A stretch of DNA of 64,000 nucleotides from Camelus dromedarius. Taxonomy: Eukaryota. The notes under the pieces are model-generated. The model searched no databases. It had not been told where the DNA came from and saw only the letters and a program-made list of their open reading frames with translations. Positions 40,386 to 54,419 of the stretch are shown here, piece by piece. Each line of letters opens with the position of its first letter. The stretch's first letter is position 1. Both the position numbers and the translations under genes were made by a program. The stretch is from the NCBI RefSeq assembly GCF_036321535.1, contig NC_087437.1, forward strand, positions 37,574,001 to 37,638,000, written 5' to 3'.

Positions 40386-40602
40386 GTCTTTCCTGCTATG
40401 GATTCCTAAGACTACACCTAAATCATTCTGACCATATATAGTTATATAAGAAACTCATTAACAGAAATAACTGCCTAGGTTATTCTGGCTAGAATAGATG
40501 GCTAATATTTTCCATTGTGAACTGAGTGTATTATGCTTATGATTTTTACTTTAAGAGCCTCTTTTTAAGTTCTAAGGAGCAGAGTATTGCTGACTCCTAT
40601 AG

Positions 40603-42310
40603 ATTTCCTGCAAAGATCAGTAATTATTTATTGAAATTGATAGAATGTGTGCAGACTGGTGAGTGCAATGATAGCAACCTGGAAGAATCCGGAAAAACCT
40701 GACCTGATGCCCAGCTGTACAACCATTATAACTTAAGCCATTCTCTCATAGCAATGTGAGTCCTTTCCTACTGTTCACAAAAGCCTGCATGGAAACAATG
40801 ATTATGATTTAGTTCAGAGATAAGATGGCAGTACAACCAAATTCAAGGAGCTGGAGTTTAATTCCATAAAATATGCCTAAATGAATATTTCAAACCATGA
40901 TGATATGAAATTGTTTTTTTTCTTGCAAAAAAAGTGTAATGATTTCAGATGCAGTTGTTGGAACAAGTCAGCATTTTTCTAAATCTGGAACATTTTTTAA
41001 AAAAAATCACAATAGTTTGAATAATTATAACTGTGACATTAAGTGATTCTGTAGCTAAGGACTTTTAAATATTGAATCACAGTTCATCTTTTCCTTCAAA
41101 TAATTTCAAGACATTGCTATTCTATACACTTAATAGCTGATTTGAGCTAATACAGACTGAAACAGAAATGAGCTGTGAACAGGGTGCTAGGACTATGTTT
41201 TTCAGCATTTCAAAAGATTCTTGCTTAGAGCTGACCTGAATATTGAGGACATCAGATTAGATACCACAGTATCAAACAGTGTCAAACAGCAATTCAACTC
41301 CTCCATTCCTATAGTGTGTTCTGTCTATACCAATAGTTTTTAAAAAGCTTTAAATAATTTTGCATATGTAAGACACATCTCCCAAAACTAGTCTTTCATT
41401 TCCTTGATATAATATAGCTTTGTTTTCACAGTGGCTTGCCTTGAAGTAAATGTTCAATTATCTATGCAAAATATGGTAGTATATATTTTTGTCATTACCT
41501 TATCAAGTTCTTAATAAGTAACTTTTCATTCCTGGAACACACCTTAAAGTCACATTTTAAACATCATTTAAGAGGCATCATTATATGATTTTATTTATAA
41601 AATTCCTGCATTTTGTTGCCTATTTTATAGCAGCTTTAAAATTAAAAGTGATAGAATTAAATTCTTCACTCAAAACAAGAAATGATACAAACGGGAAAAA
41701 TTACTGGTGCAGAAACAGGACTAAATGTAACTAAGAAAAATTGGGAACCAGTATCACAGACAGCAAGCAGTGTTAAAGTCATTCAGAGTTAAGCCTTTGA
41801 AAATTACATCTCTTACTTTAAGGAAGAAGCCTATAGAAGCTTATTTAGAGAACTGCCAAAGATATTTTTAAATTGTACATACATTATTGAAGGCTTTTCT
41901 CCTATTTCTATTCTAACAATATTTAAATTATGAAAACAGTAGATTCTCCACTCAGCAATGTGGTGGCTGTGTCTGCATAGGAAAAGAAAAGTAGAGAGTT
42001 GAGACCATTATTTCAAATAACATCAGCAAGATTAAATAACCCTGTGGATGAGGAAGAAGTGGTAATGTTTTTAAGCATTCACACTCTCATCATTCCTATA
42101 CTTTGTGAAGTCAGTCTTTATTGACATTTTGCCTATCCCCAGGGGCTGCAGTTACAGGACTAAATCTACTAATGGGATTCATGGCCTGAATTCTACCATG
42201 CTAATTCTGAAAGAAAACATTCATTTTCTTAATAACATTCCCTTGTTTGTGAATGCTTTAAACTTTATTTATTATTCTCTACTGCTTAGCATGCAGTATT
42301 TGACATGTGG
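40603..42310 (+). pseudogene. ZFYVE26-like exons
   Basis: FSSEIRWQYNQI versus VVSEAQWRHKVV; NSSIPIVCS...NNFA versus SSLIPMMFS...GNFA; LRPLFQITSARLNNPVD versus CKQLLETAERRLNSSLE; TNGIHGLNSTMLILKENIHFL versus ADGIRGFPVVLQQISKSLNYL. Confidence 0.75.
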
Positions 42311-43589
42311 TCAAAGAATAAAATATAAGGAGATCTAATAAAAAGATATATGTAAGGCCCCATAGAAGAGAGTAAATATAAGACTATATAAACAGAAGGG
42401 TAAGTTAAGTCAGTTCCAGTACTTTCTTTACAGTTCACACTGAAGAATCTGAGATTCAGGACTTATGTCAACACAATGAAATAATTCTAGATAATTTGTA
42501 TAGTGCCCAGTAATGCCAGCATAGGAATCTACTAAATACTTCAGTCAAAAACAAAGGTGACTCCTTTTGCTAAATTCACCATTCTCATCCTCAAAGTATC
42601 TATTCTTACTACTCTGAAAAGCACTATGGTTGGAGATGTACTGAACAGAAAATCATGTTGCTTACAAGGATTTTTTACGTTAGAATTCCGTTATTACCTT
42701 GATGTAGGTTTCCTACTGAGAAGGACCTTGACATTACAAAATTATATTATCTCCTCTCTACTTGGATAGATTCTAAACTCCTTAGTATGTATTTAAGCCC
42801 TTCTCACTATGGCCGCAATTTGCCTTACTAATTCTCATCTTTAACCATTCCCTTTCACTTACCAAATCTCTTACATTTTCTTAACATTTCATGTTGTGTA
42901 GTACCCTCTCAACTTGGCATTTTACAGTGGAACCTCTTGTACTGTAGGGGCCCCAGTTAGGACCCCAATTCAGGATAGAGAAGAATGAGAATGTTATATG
43001 CATGTCCTTCTGCAGCCCCAAGCAAGGCCTGGCATTTCCAGCTTACACTCCCTTTGAATAGGTCTCTGAAAACACTCTACAGAGAAAAGTGTGGAACCAA
43101 ACAGGAATGCCTCTCTCACTGGCACCTTCATAGAAAGTTTCTTTGCAATCTGAAGAAATGTTGAAATTCCTTCCTGATGATGATAGTGATAATGGTGATG
43201 ATGATGATGCTCATTGCATAGTGGCCATCATTTATTCAGCATGCACTAGCCATTGATCTAAATTGTTTAGATATATTATTGCTAATAGTCGCATCTTAAA
43301 AATCTAAAATGAAACTCATGATTTTTGTTCTTAGCATATTTTCAACCGCACCCCACCTCCAGTCATCCTGTCTTAATAAAAGTCACTAACATCCACTCAG
43401 TTCTTCAAGTCAGAAGGTACAAATCATCCTTGATACATTTCTTTGCTTCATGACTTTATCTGTTAGTTACTTCACCCATTGTTTCTAGCTTCAGCAAATA
43501 TTTCACATCTGCTTCCTTCCATTTTCACTGCTACCAGCTAGTCTAGACCACCAGTATCTTTAGGCTGGAATATGGGAAAAAATAAAATT

Positions 43590-43875
43590 TAAAAAGTAAA
43601 AGCAACACTATTAAATGCAACATGATATCCTGAATTGTATCCTAGAACAAAAAAAAAGAAATTAGTGAAATTGCTAAATAGAAATAAAGTCTGTAGTTTA
43701 GCTAATGGTAGTGTACCAATGTAATTTCTTAGTTTTGACAAATGCATCATCAGTAAGTATGTGAGATGTTAGAATTAGGGGAGCTTGATTGAATGATACA
43801 CAGGGAGCTCTCTTTACTATCTTTACAACTTTTCTATACATTAGAAATTACTGCAAATAAACAAATTTTAAAAAA
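43590..43875 (+). mobile_element. L1M 3' end fragment
   Basis: taaatgcaacatgatatcctgaattgtatcctagaac...tactatctttacaacttttctatac followed by an A-rich tail. Confidence 0.7.
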
Positions 43876-44272
43876 ATCCTGTTTTCTTAGCTGCCATCTA
43901 GTCTCCTTCAATCCATTCTTCACAGCTGCTAGAGGGATCTTTTAATAATACAAATCTGGCCATGTCAGTTAGAGAGTTTAAGTATCTCAGAAAGGCTAAA
44001 ACAACCTGTCCAAGATTATGTAAGTATTAATGGTTGAATAAGGATTCTCACCCAGATCTGACAGAATTGAGTATCTCTTAAGCATTATACTGCTGCTTCT
44101 TTATGTGAATGATGAATTTGGCACTTGCCACAAAGAAGTCAGTGTCTCCCAGGTTTGCTTATATCTCATTCATGGTTTAAATTCAGTCTAATTCAAAATC
44201 CTAAGAAATCCTTATCAATACCAACTAAACTAATAGGTCAGGAGAGTGAGAAAACGTTTTTATACTTTTCAG

Positions 44273-47200
44273 CTACAATGCAGTGTCTGAGATCTTCTTG
44301 AGGTATGAGCAAAGGTCTTCCTGTGAGGTTATTTCAGTAATCACAGTTGCCTTCACCATGATGGCTTACAGGATGGACATCTTTGGATGCACCAGCAAAA
44401 TGGTCATTAGCAGAGGTCCCATGTTCTGAATTTGGAGCTTCATTCTCTCCTTTGTCATGAAGCAATTGCTGGATCATGAAGACATCCTTTAAAGTTTAGT
44501 CCCATCCCATATTCTAGAGTGTAGTGGAGAATCAAAACTATGTAAAAAAAAATTAAATGATTTTTAAGCTGTATTATTATAGCTTACTCATCTTAGTATT
44601 ATGTCAGACAGCTCCAGTATCCCAAGTTCTGTTTTCGTAGAGGGGAAAGCATTTATCAGTGAGACCTATTGTTTTGGTTATCTGTGGGATCCTCATTCGA
44701 GTTAGCTTTCTATTGAACCATACATAGTAGCTTTAGTGGAGAAACTCTGACAAAAGGATGAAATTGCAAACTATAGTAGCCTTTTCTTATCCAGTCATCA
44801 CTTCAACTGATAATAGCAGGAAGCAGAGGAAATCTAAATCCCTACAGTACTCATTTAACAAAGATTCATAGTTGTTGGGTTTTGTTTTTCGTATTTTTCA
44901 TTTGTCTTGATACTTTTGTCCTTTAAGGTAAGAGCAAATAATACTGATCAAATAATACTGAATCAGAGCAGAGTCTACATCCTCAACTATTTAAAGCAAA
45001 TTTGATCATATTGCAATTTTAGAACTATAAACAATCAAATAAAGTACATGTTAATAGGTGGTGCAGAAGACTTTTTATGTTTCTTAGATACCAGCATGCT
45101 ATAAAGCTCCAGTAAAACTTAGGTTGACTATGAGCATTTTTAAGGTATGGGAAAGATTTTCCTGGAAATTATTAATTATTACCATATCTGCCCTTGGTAA
45201 AGCATCATGTTTTTACACAGCTGGTTATTCAGAAAAATTAAAGTTGTTATGTTTACTAACTTTTTCAATGGGTCAAGATAGGAAACTCAACTTGTGTCTC
45301 ATGTCCATAGCTTTTATAAGTTGTATATTAACTTCTTAACATATTGTTACAGCATTTTTATTAAAGGAAATAGTAATAAAAGTATGTGGAATATTGGTAC
45401 GCATATCTATACATATGAAGATTTTACTTTAAAACCCCAATGTATTCATTAGTCCTAAATATCATAATTTTAGATTTTAATTTTATATGAGCTTACTTTA
45501 CATTTGAAAAAATTACTATCTACACATCCTTGATTCTGTTGACTAGCAAGATAGTCTTATTGTACATCTTCTAAGACATAGTATACTATATGCCATTTAT
45601 TTGCTGTGACAACATTTTGAAATTCTGTAATTCTTTTGTACAACAACTTCTAAAATCCTTGAATTATATTCTAGATGCTTTAAAAGATATAAATGTACAA
45701 TTTAGGATCATTTTTTCTCTAATAGAATTAGAGTTCAAATACAAATATATTCAAGGATAACATAAAATGCCAACAAGAATATAAAATTTTAACACAAAGT
45801 GAAACATCCAAGACAATTAAGGTGTAGCACCACAGTGGCAAGCTTCCAGATACCCCAAAATAACTCTGAATTTCTATAAGGATATCCATAGCTTTAATGA
45901 AAATAAATTAAATAAATGCCTGCAAATTATTTTTTTTTTAAGGATGTCTTTGTATTTGCCTCACATGTTTCTTATTGGGCTAAATTTACCATCAGCTAAA
46001 CTCTCATTGATTACTTTATTATATCCTTTGGTAAGACAGAGAATATGATCATAGTAGCATTTCAGGATTCAAATTTTAGTAAGAACACCTATGATTTTTT
46101 TCTCTTCTTAATGTCTCACATTAACTAAGTGAAATGTGGTTAACTGTGCATTCATTAATATTTTGATCTTGCAAGGTAAAAATATATTTTATGTATTCAT
46201 TCATATGATGATTCATGCCCTTCTTCATTCATCATCTAATTTTGCCCCATGTTTTTGTCCCCAGTAGGATCATGGACAGATAAATATATGAATAGAGATA
46301 GTCATATTCTTTCACTGTAAGTGTGAGCTCGTATATTTAGCTGCTATAGAAGAGATAAAATTTTTAAATTACACATGTCTCTGAAGGAGGTGGTACATAT
46401 AATGCTTGTTTGTATGCCCTGTTTTACTTAATACCCTGGGTTGAATTAACATTCCTGTACAATTTTCAGTAAAGTGTAGAACCTTCGGTTAAGCAATCAT
46501 AACCAAGAAGACATCAGCAAAGCCTGCTAAATTATTGCTGTTATTTATAAACATTTAGGCAACTAAGCACAAGCTTCACTCATGCCACGTCTGCTTTATT
46601 ACTGGGCAAGCTCCCTTCCCTGCTTTGGCTGCTATTGAAGAAGACAAAACTAAGTTTTATAGCTCCTCCTTTCCTTCCTTCCTTTCCTCCCTCCTTCCCT
46701 TCCTCCCTTCCTTCCTCCCTTTCTTTTCATTAGTTTCTCCCCAGAGATATCTCAGACTACTCAGTTTCCTCAGTCTTATTTCCTTGAGGTCAATGAATAC
46801 ATATTAATAAAGAAATCCAAGAAAAACACAAGAACTTATTATATTTTCCATACTGTCACACTTCTTACGACCTCTTCAACACTCTGTCTTCCTCCATCCC
46901 TTTTCATCATTTCTCTGAGTTACATACCAAAGGGCTATCAACTTTTGCAATACTGAATAAGACATACTGCTTTAAAATTCTATTCATTCTGTCAACAAAT
47001 ATTTACATACTGTCCATTATTAAGGCTGTGTGTTAGATATTAATAGGAAGAAAGGTAGTATTGTAGCTATTCTAGAAATAAGACAGGATCCATGAAACTC
47101 AGAAGTTTGGCCAGAATGTTATTTCCCATAGCTGTGTAAAATATGGTCCTAGACATGGGGCTTCAGAAGACCCTGAAGTTAGTTTATATTCTCAAGTACT

Positions 47201-48786
47201 TATAATGTAATTGAAAAGCCAGAATTCTTGGAACAAACAGGCAAAGTGACTGAACTGAAGGACACTTAGGATAAAATATTCCAACATATTTTATCTAAAA
47301 CAGCATAGAGTAAATAGTGTGCGTAAGTGTTCGAGAGAATATCAAAATTCAGTTTACTGTATCGATAAAATACTGGATGAAGGAAATTTGAAGCTAAATT
47401 TTGATGTCCACGAGCGATATGTATTTTCAGAAAATAAAAGAATAACCACAGTGATTTGCACAAATATGGGAATTAGCAAACTGCATACATGAAAGATAAA
47501 GTATTTGCTTGGATGTAACTAAAGATACTTGCTGAGAACAGTAGTTCTCATAGTGAGGATGGATGAGTGGGCATATTAGAATTACCTCAGGAACTTTTTC
47601 CAACTGATTACACATTGTCTTCCATCTCTCATTTTCTGTTTGCAATATTTTAAAATTATTATTCTCCGATGCCCCTTGCACAGAAAATAAGAGTGGAATT
47701 GTGCTTGTTCCAGTTAGGTTAGGTAGATAGTAGATTGAAGAGAAATTCCCCAGAATTGGTATCTCTACCCACCCTTCTTTAGGACACAATAGCTTATAGA
47801 AATGCTAACTTTTATTTTTGAAATCGGGTGGGAGTAGTGAAAGTATTATCTCAGAACTGGGTAGCCATGTTTGAATTAACATGAAATAAGAGGTGATTTA
47901 TTATCAAACTCAAGCCTGGTTCATTTAACAAATAAAATATTACCAGCTAGTTTTTATGTGTTGTCCACACTATGTCTTACCTCATTTTGAACCTTAAATT
48001 TAAATGTTTTTTTAAAATGTCATTTGTGGAATGATGCATTATGCAAACTTTTTTGATAAAGTTGTAGTAAAAAAAAATCCATGTATATGTGCGTATGTAT
48101 AGATACAGAATATATATTCAGAATTCATTTGAGCGAGGTTCAGCTACCAGTTATCTACATTTATAAGGGGAGGAGAGTATATGGCCCAAATTAAGGAGCA
48201 ATTTCAGTATCATTTATACTGATTAAATACAAATCATAAATACCAATAGAGAAGAACAGTATTACAGCTAATGAAAAATATTTTAAACTATATATGTTTA
48301 GCTTTAGAATAGTGATAGCTTTGGGATATATTACATGACAAATTATAGTAAAATTCAAATAAATAAGTTTTCTTAAATAAATATTAATTAACTGAATTTT
48401 GTTCCTTAAATAAATTCTGATATGGGGCTGAGGATAAATTTTTAAATGTGGCTGAAAAATCAACCCATGGGTAATAAAGATTATTATTTGTCCAGGAAAA
48501 ATTACTAATTAATGTAAAAAAGAAAAGAGGACTTTATAATTCATTTTACACATCTATACCATGAATTAAAGCTAAATCTCTTAGTTTACATTGTTACTTC
48601 AGTTTCCTTGTGATTTATTTTGCATTAAAATTTACTTTTAATTATAATTGGTTTAGTTACTGTTAACCTTTGATTTCATGTCCAATCATGTTAACAGACA
48701 GTAATTGAACTGGCTTAGCATCATATTAGAAGATATAGTGAACCTACTATGGAATTTAAATCCTTTCAAAGATAAAATGCTGAAAG
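44273..48786 (+). pseudogene. ZFYVE26-like distal exons
   Basis: QCSV*DLLEV versus RCSITELLQM; SHPI versus AHPV; QDP/KLRSLARMLF versus KDASLRSRLALQF; GKVTELKDT*DKI versus RKLAELQVYQKI; last recognisable exon 48702-48786 HIRRYSEPTMEFKSFQR versus LLSRYAEKALDFPYPQR. Confidence 0.7.
46663..46722. repeat. CCTT/CCCT low-complexity tract
   Basis: Visible pyrimidine tandem repeat. Confidence 0.85.
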
Positions 48787-51700
48787 GTTTATATGAAAGT
48801 CTGGTTCAGACTTTCTCCATTAAGTCTTTATCAAATAGCCTTCAAAAGGGAAAGCATTTTCATTTTTTTCCCTTCTCTTTCCATTGTCTTTGTTGAGGAA
48901 GGGTTACTGAAGGAAAAATGAGAGATTCATGGTCCTAATTAGTCCACAGACAGATTATTTATACATGTTAACATTTTCTGTAACCACCTTCCTTTTATTG
49001 CCAGCTGGAAAAGTAAGCATCTAATTGTGAATTAGAAATAGAGGAACAGAGTTCACTTTTAAATCCAAATCTTGTGAAAAAGAGCACAAGTAGGAAAAAA
49101 AATTCCAACTCAATTTAATACATTAAAATGTCCAATTTAAATATACTTTAAGGTTTTTTTTCCTACAAATTATAGTATATGGTTAATAGTTTACATATTT
49201 ACAGACTTGTTTTTATCATAAAACTAGTACCACAGACCCCCCAAAAAAAGGCATTTTAAGATAAATTGCTCTACTGGAATTCTGTTAAAAAAACAAACAA
49301 ACAAACAAAAAACCCCTTCAAATTCCAAGCAACGATGTAACAACTGAATATTTAGAAAGTTTACACTGTAAATAAGGAAAAACTACTGAAAAATGTGTGA
49401 ATTCCAGTAGCAGGAAATAGTCTTGGTACAAATATTTTATATTTGTATTTTAATTTTAATTAAACCAATATTTTGGCTGCCATACCAAGGATAAAGGGCA
49501 TTTCCCAGAGGAGGAAAGGAAAAGGCTTTGAGATTTTAAAGATAAATGTCATAATTTTACAGCATTTACTGATTCTCTCTTGATCTTCAGAAGTGGTTCT
49601 AATTTTATTATTATAGATTCTGACTTTTTTCACCAGACTTTATAAATGATTTAACCGTGAAGTGAAATACGTTGAATTGTTTTCTCACCTTAAGGTACAA
49701 GATAAGTGAATTAGACATTTGGTCCTTGGTTGCGGGAACTCATCGTTCCCTGATCTTTCCTTGGCACCTAATTTGAGCTCAATGAGTGTGCCCTTAGTCA
49801 CAAGAATATCTTGGTACCGAGTCAGAAGCAGAAGTAGAAGCAGGGCTGTCAGGAATAAGGGAAGAATATAGAGCCAGGAAGGAAAAGAGAACTTCTTTCT
49901 ATTCTTCTACAGAATAAGATGACATTTTTGTTTCAGCATCTTTTTTCAGAGCTAACTTTGCTACCCTCAGGATTGTTTTAAATGGTACTGAAAATCAATT
50001 GTGTAGTCTTTCATCATGCACTAATAAACTCTAAACCTAAAAGTTTGTAGTAGAATGGGTCAAAAACCACAAAAGCCCTGTATTCACATATAATACAGTG
50101 TTGGTAATGTGGTACCTTTCATTATCAAGAGAGCAGCCTGCTACTTTTACAGTTGAATTAGAATTAAGTATTCAGGTTTTTTTTTTACTGGTCATTAGCA
50201 CATTCTTTTTGATGAAACTTGTTTGATTGTGATACAATTGAATACACTGCAAATTCTATCAATTCACTTATAAACAAGTATATGAACTGATATACCAAAG
50301 AAACATTTAATTAAGTATGCTGAGCCTTTTTGTCACTGGGTATTAATGAAGAAGTTCTCCTTTTTACTAGTGTTCACTGGTGTTTTAATGTTAAAAGATA
50401 TTGAGGGTTTGGGTCAAACAAATTATAATGCCTTCCTAGCTATATATCTTTGAAGTTCACAAGTATTATTTTCTATTACACTTTTAAAATCATGTGAAAA
50501 ATAATCTATATCAATGCAAGAGAGAAGAAAGAATACATATTCTCAAATATATGTGTATTATTTTTAGGAGCAAATATTATCAGAATTAATAAAGCTAGTC
50601 AAACTGTTACATCTTCACAACTAGCAACCCCTAGAATACACCTGCTTTCTTAATATGAAAAATCTTCCCCTTCAATTCAGATCTTGTAAAATCATACTAA
50701 AATGATCATCTCTGTTTATTATTATTATTATTAACTATTATTATTATTACTAGAGTATTATACATTTTAATTAGTGATATTAAGAGTATTAAAATAGGAT
50801 GACAAATGTCTCAAATATGACCTATATTTCTCTTATTACCTTCAATACTTCACTTTTTCTGTATACCTAGATAAGTTACAAAGGTCTTGTCAAATTAATA
50901 AAGCTACTGAAATTGTTTTCACCTATAAAGTTTATTCTAGAAATAGAAAAATGAAAAAGGAGCACTTATTTTTCATTTGACTTATGTTGCATATTTATAA
51001 GAGATTAGTTAGTTTCTTTACTGTGAGGACTTCACTTAAAGTAAATCACAATTTGACTGAGGTTTGTTCCCTATGATTTAAATAATAAAATGAAACAAAT
51101 TGGAAGATAAAAGACTTTTAAGTTCAAAAATATTAATTACAGTTACTTTTTACATGTGAATATTCCCAAAGTGAAGATTCATAATTTCATCCAGCTTCAC
51201 TTGGATGGTAGCTAGACAGAACCAAGGAAAATAAATGCATAAAACTGAAATTGTTATACATGAAAGAAAAAAATCCATAGTTTACATGTAAGTATAATTC
51301 AGCATATATAAACTATATACATGTATACACAGTGTATACACATATATAGTAGTACTATATATATACACACACGATTGCCCCATTACACACGTGTTATTGC
51401 TCCTATTACTTTTAAAAGTCCTATAGTGTATGTATTAAACAAAATACTTGTATGGTGAAATTCATGATAGTTACGTATGCTCTGTTTACCTGAATCTTCC
51501 CAGTTGAGGATTTTGAACTAACTATGAGTTATAAATGTCTAAGCTCAGGTTAAATTAGCTCCTATCACTTAAGATGAAGTGGATGTCCTTTTATTACCAT
51601 TTCCTCTTGTATTATCATGACTTGTTATAATTGTATCTCACATTTTGTTAAGCATTTCGTTAATGTTTCCTTTATCATAGCCATTTTACAAAAATGCAAC

Positions 51701-54419
51701 ATTTATTGGCTTAGACAACATAATTGCTAAAGGAGAGGACTGTATGAACAATGAATTTACAATAAATCGAAATAATGTGTTGCAGTGGTTAAATAAACAT
51801 CCTTATGTTCTGCAGTTACACTGTCAATTTTCATAATTCCAAACACACATATTCTTTTCAGATACTAAGGTTTAAAAGTAATACTCCAAGGTGAGGGAAA
51901 AAAAAAAACTTTCAAGCTCAGTAGTTAAACTTCCCTTGTCATCTCTCTCTAAACTTTTATTTCAAATTTGGTGGTCATCATCCTTATATTTTTCAGTATT
52001 TTGCAACTAGATGAAATAATATAACTTCTCAAATAAAAACATAACAGCATTCACATTATAGTAACGTATGTGAAAAATAATATGTTAAAACTGGTACTAA
52101 ATAAAACTGGTATATCAATTTATATTATTTTCCACTCATCATCTCATAGTTAAAGGGACATTACAATACATTGTATTACTTTCAAATATTATTATTATAA
52201 TTTATAATAAAAGCAATGAATAATAGCAGGTATCTGTCAGATCTGGGTCTTCTTCAGTCTGACTGACCACTATGAAGTGAATTAGTAATCTATTTTTTCT
52301 TAAAACTTATCATTTTGCTGCAGCAAAAACAGAACAAATCCTAATCATAGTACCTACATTAATATCCATGGTACTTTAAGACAACATGTCTGGTATTATA
52401 AATTAAAACTAACATAAGTATTTCTAATGCACAGCTAAAATAAATGACCTGGCCAAGGGAGTAGAAAACTCCATGGAAGCCAAAATTATTTCCTTTGATA
52501 CAAAATTCCTTCTCATATAAATTCATTTTCACTAAATAAATTTACTCCTCGTTCAAGGGTAAAATTACTGCTTACGTATAAGACAAGACTATCTTACTTT
52601 ATGTATTTAATAAATAAAATATAAACATAATTATCAAGTTATATTGTAATTTCATATGGTTTATGGACACTCATTTTTCAAATGTCAAAAGCACTGGGAT
52701 TGTTAGGGATTGTACTTTAAGCTAATTTGTATAATATGCCATGTTATCAATGTGCACAGTTATTAAGAAGATGATAATTAACGTTAAAAGTATCTAGCTT
52801 TGCACTTTGAGTTATTAATATGCACATGCTTTCTACTATTCATCAAAATTTTTGATTAGGAGGAAAGGGGACATGATAAATAACTAATTTGGAGGGACTT
52901 CATAGATCAGATTTTAAAACACTAAAAGGTTAATACTGACTTTCTGCACCTTAAAAAAAGACTTCAAGTAAAGGATGGAGAGATAATTAGAAAGAACAAG
53001 GAAAGTGAGATAACTATGAAAAAGGTGACTTATGAGACAGTAGAAAGAAAAGAAGAAGAAACAAAAGAAGAGTCACACCTGTTTAATAGTGTGTCTGATC
53101 CCTTTGCATAAGAGCTGCATTTCAATATTGTATGTAGAGAAATACTGAATCATGTCTGTGAGCTTTTCTTCATCTGAACTACACTTCAAATAATGGAGGA
53201 CAAAAGTTTTAGGTACAAGGTACCAAATGCAAGGTAGCCCTGAAAAGTTGCATTTTATATTGATATACCTGTGTTTTTGATTTTATGCATACCTATGTTA
53301 TTACCCATATAGAATTAATCAAGAGATATATAAATTTGTTGTATTAGGCATTCATGGGGCTTTTTTTTTTTTTTAGGTACAGTGCTTTAGTTTTATATCA
53401 ATCACACAGCTTTAGAAGCTGCCAGTCCCCCTTTTTATGGGAAAACAAAAGTGATGTAAGGCATCAGTGACTTGTAGTGAATTACATTCCACACATAATG
53501 ATAATTTCTACTAAGGGCAGCTTGAGGAAACACTAGAAGAGAATACTGGCCTCACTGCAGGATTCTGCAGTTACCAGGTCTATGAATCTCTGGAGCTCTG
53601 CTGTCCTCTACTGGCCTAATGAGATAAGTGCCTGCCTCAAAGCTCTTGTGTTTCTTTGTATCAGTTTAGTTTTCTCCACAAACAAGATACTGGCACCTTA
53701 AAAATCATGTTTTCTTTGGTTTCGCTCACATGTAAATGGATCATAACTTGGATTATTGTCAAATTAATTTCACAACATCATTTTAGTGTCACAGAGAAAG
53801 AAAGACTCATTCAGCATCCTATCTTAGTTCAAGCATGATTGGGGTCAGGTGTAGTAAGTGGTTGGGGAAAAAACAGTAGCAAAAATATAACAGTGACAGT
53901 TTTCACAGATAACAGAATTCTGAAAAATTGGTTCCAAGGCATTATATTTTGATTGGTTGGTGTGTGTGTGTGTGTAAGTAATTTTGCTGTACATTTTAAA
54001 AAAGAATAGTAACTTTACTTTCCTTTTCCTTTGTTTTTAACTATCGTAAGATTCATGGATCCTCGAGTATCTCCTAATTGATCCTGTACTTCTTAGAAAT
54101 ATAGTTACTTTATTTTCTCCAAGTTGCATCCTGCCTAGGAAAAATGGTGCATCATTGGGGTGCTAAGTTTGAAATTCATAATCCAAGAGAAAGAAGTGAA
54201 CTATATAAATCATATTTTTTATGTCCCAATTGTATCCGGGTATGGGATAGGCATGGTGGGTTATAAGATTTATTAACATCACAGTGCATCAAACTTGTTA
54301 ATAAACTAGCTTTCTGTATAAGAAGTTAAAGAAAGATTTTTTAAAAAATGGGAGCACGAAAGGCATGGCATAGCTGGAGTTTAAGGTTCAAGCTTTGTAT
54401 CCTCTATATATAATGTATT

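Larger units (their letters stand above)
17040..48790 (+). pseudogene. Unprocessed pseudogene of a spastizin (ZFYVE26/SPG15)-like paralog
   Basis: About 30 splice-bounded segments: 17040-17101, 17834-18025, 18128-18196, 24521-24568, 25146-25760, 29702-31581 (split), 32250-32352, 33319-33370, 33449-33507, 33775-33829, 34270-34356, 34434-34557, 34962-35080, 35760-35804, 36286-36492, 37041-37099, 37242-37335, 37599-37664, 38294-38395, 38783-39215, 40603-~40860, 41156-41367, ~41631-42061, 42143-~42310, 44273-44541, 44608-44927, 46470-46653, 47076-~47900, 48702-48786. Long runs are phase-compatible and translations follow human ZFYVE26 motifs in order. Comparison by eye. Confidence 0.8.

Noticed and set aside
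1..48790. Processed (retrotransposed) copies, or the true SPG11 and ZFYVE26 genes
   Set aside because: The segments are separated by GT-AG introns, are far too divergent to be orthologs, carry many stops and are not in the known syntenic context.
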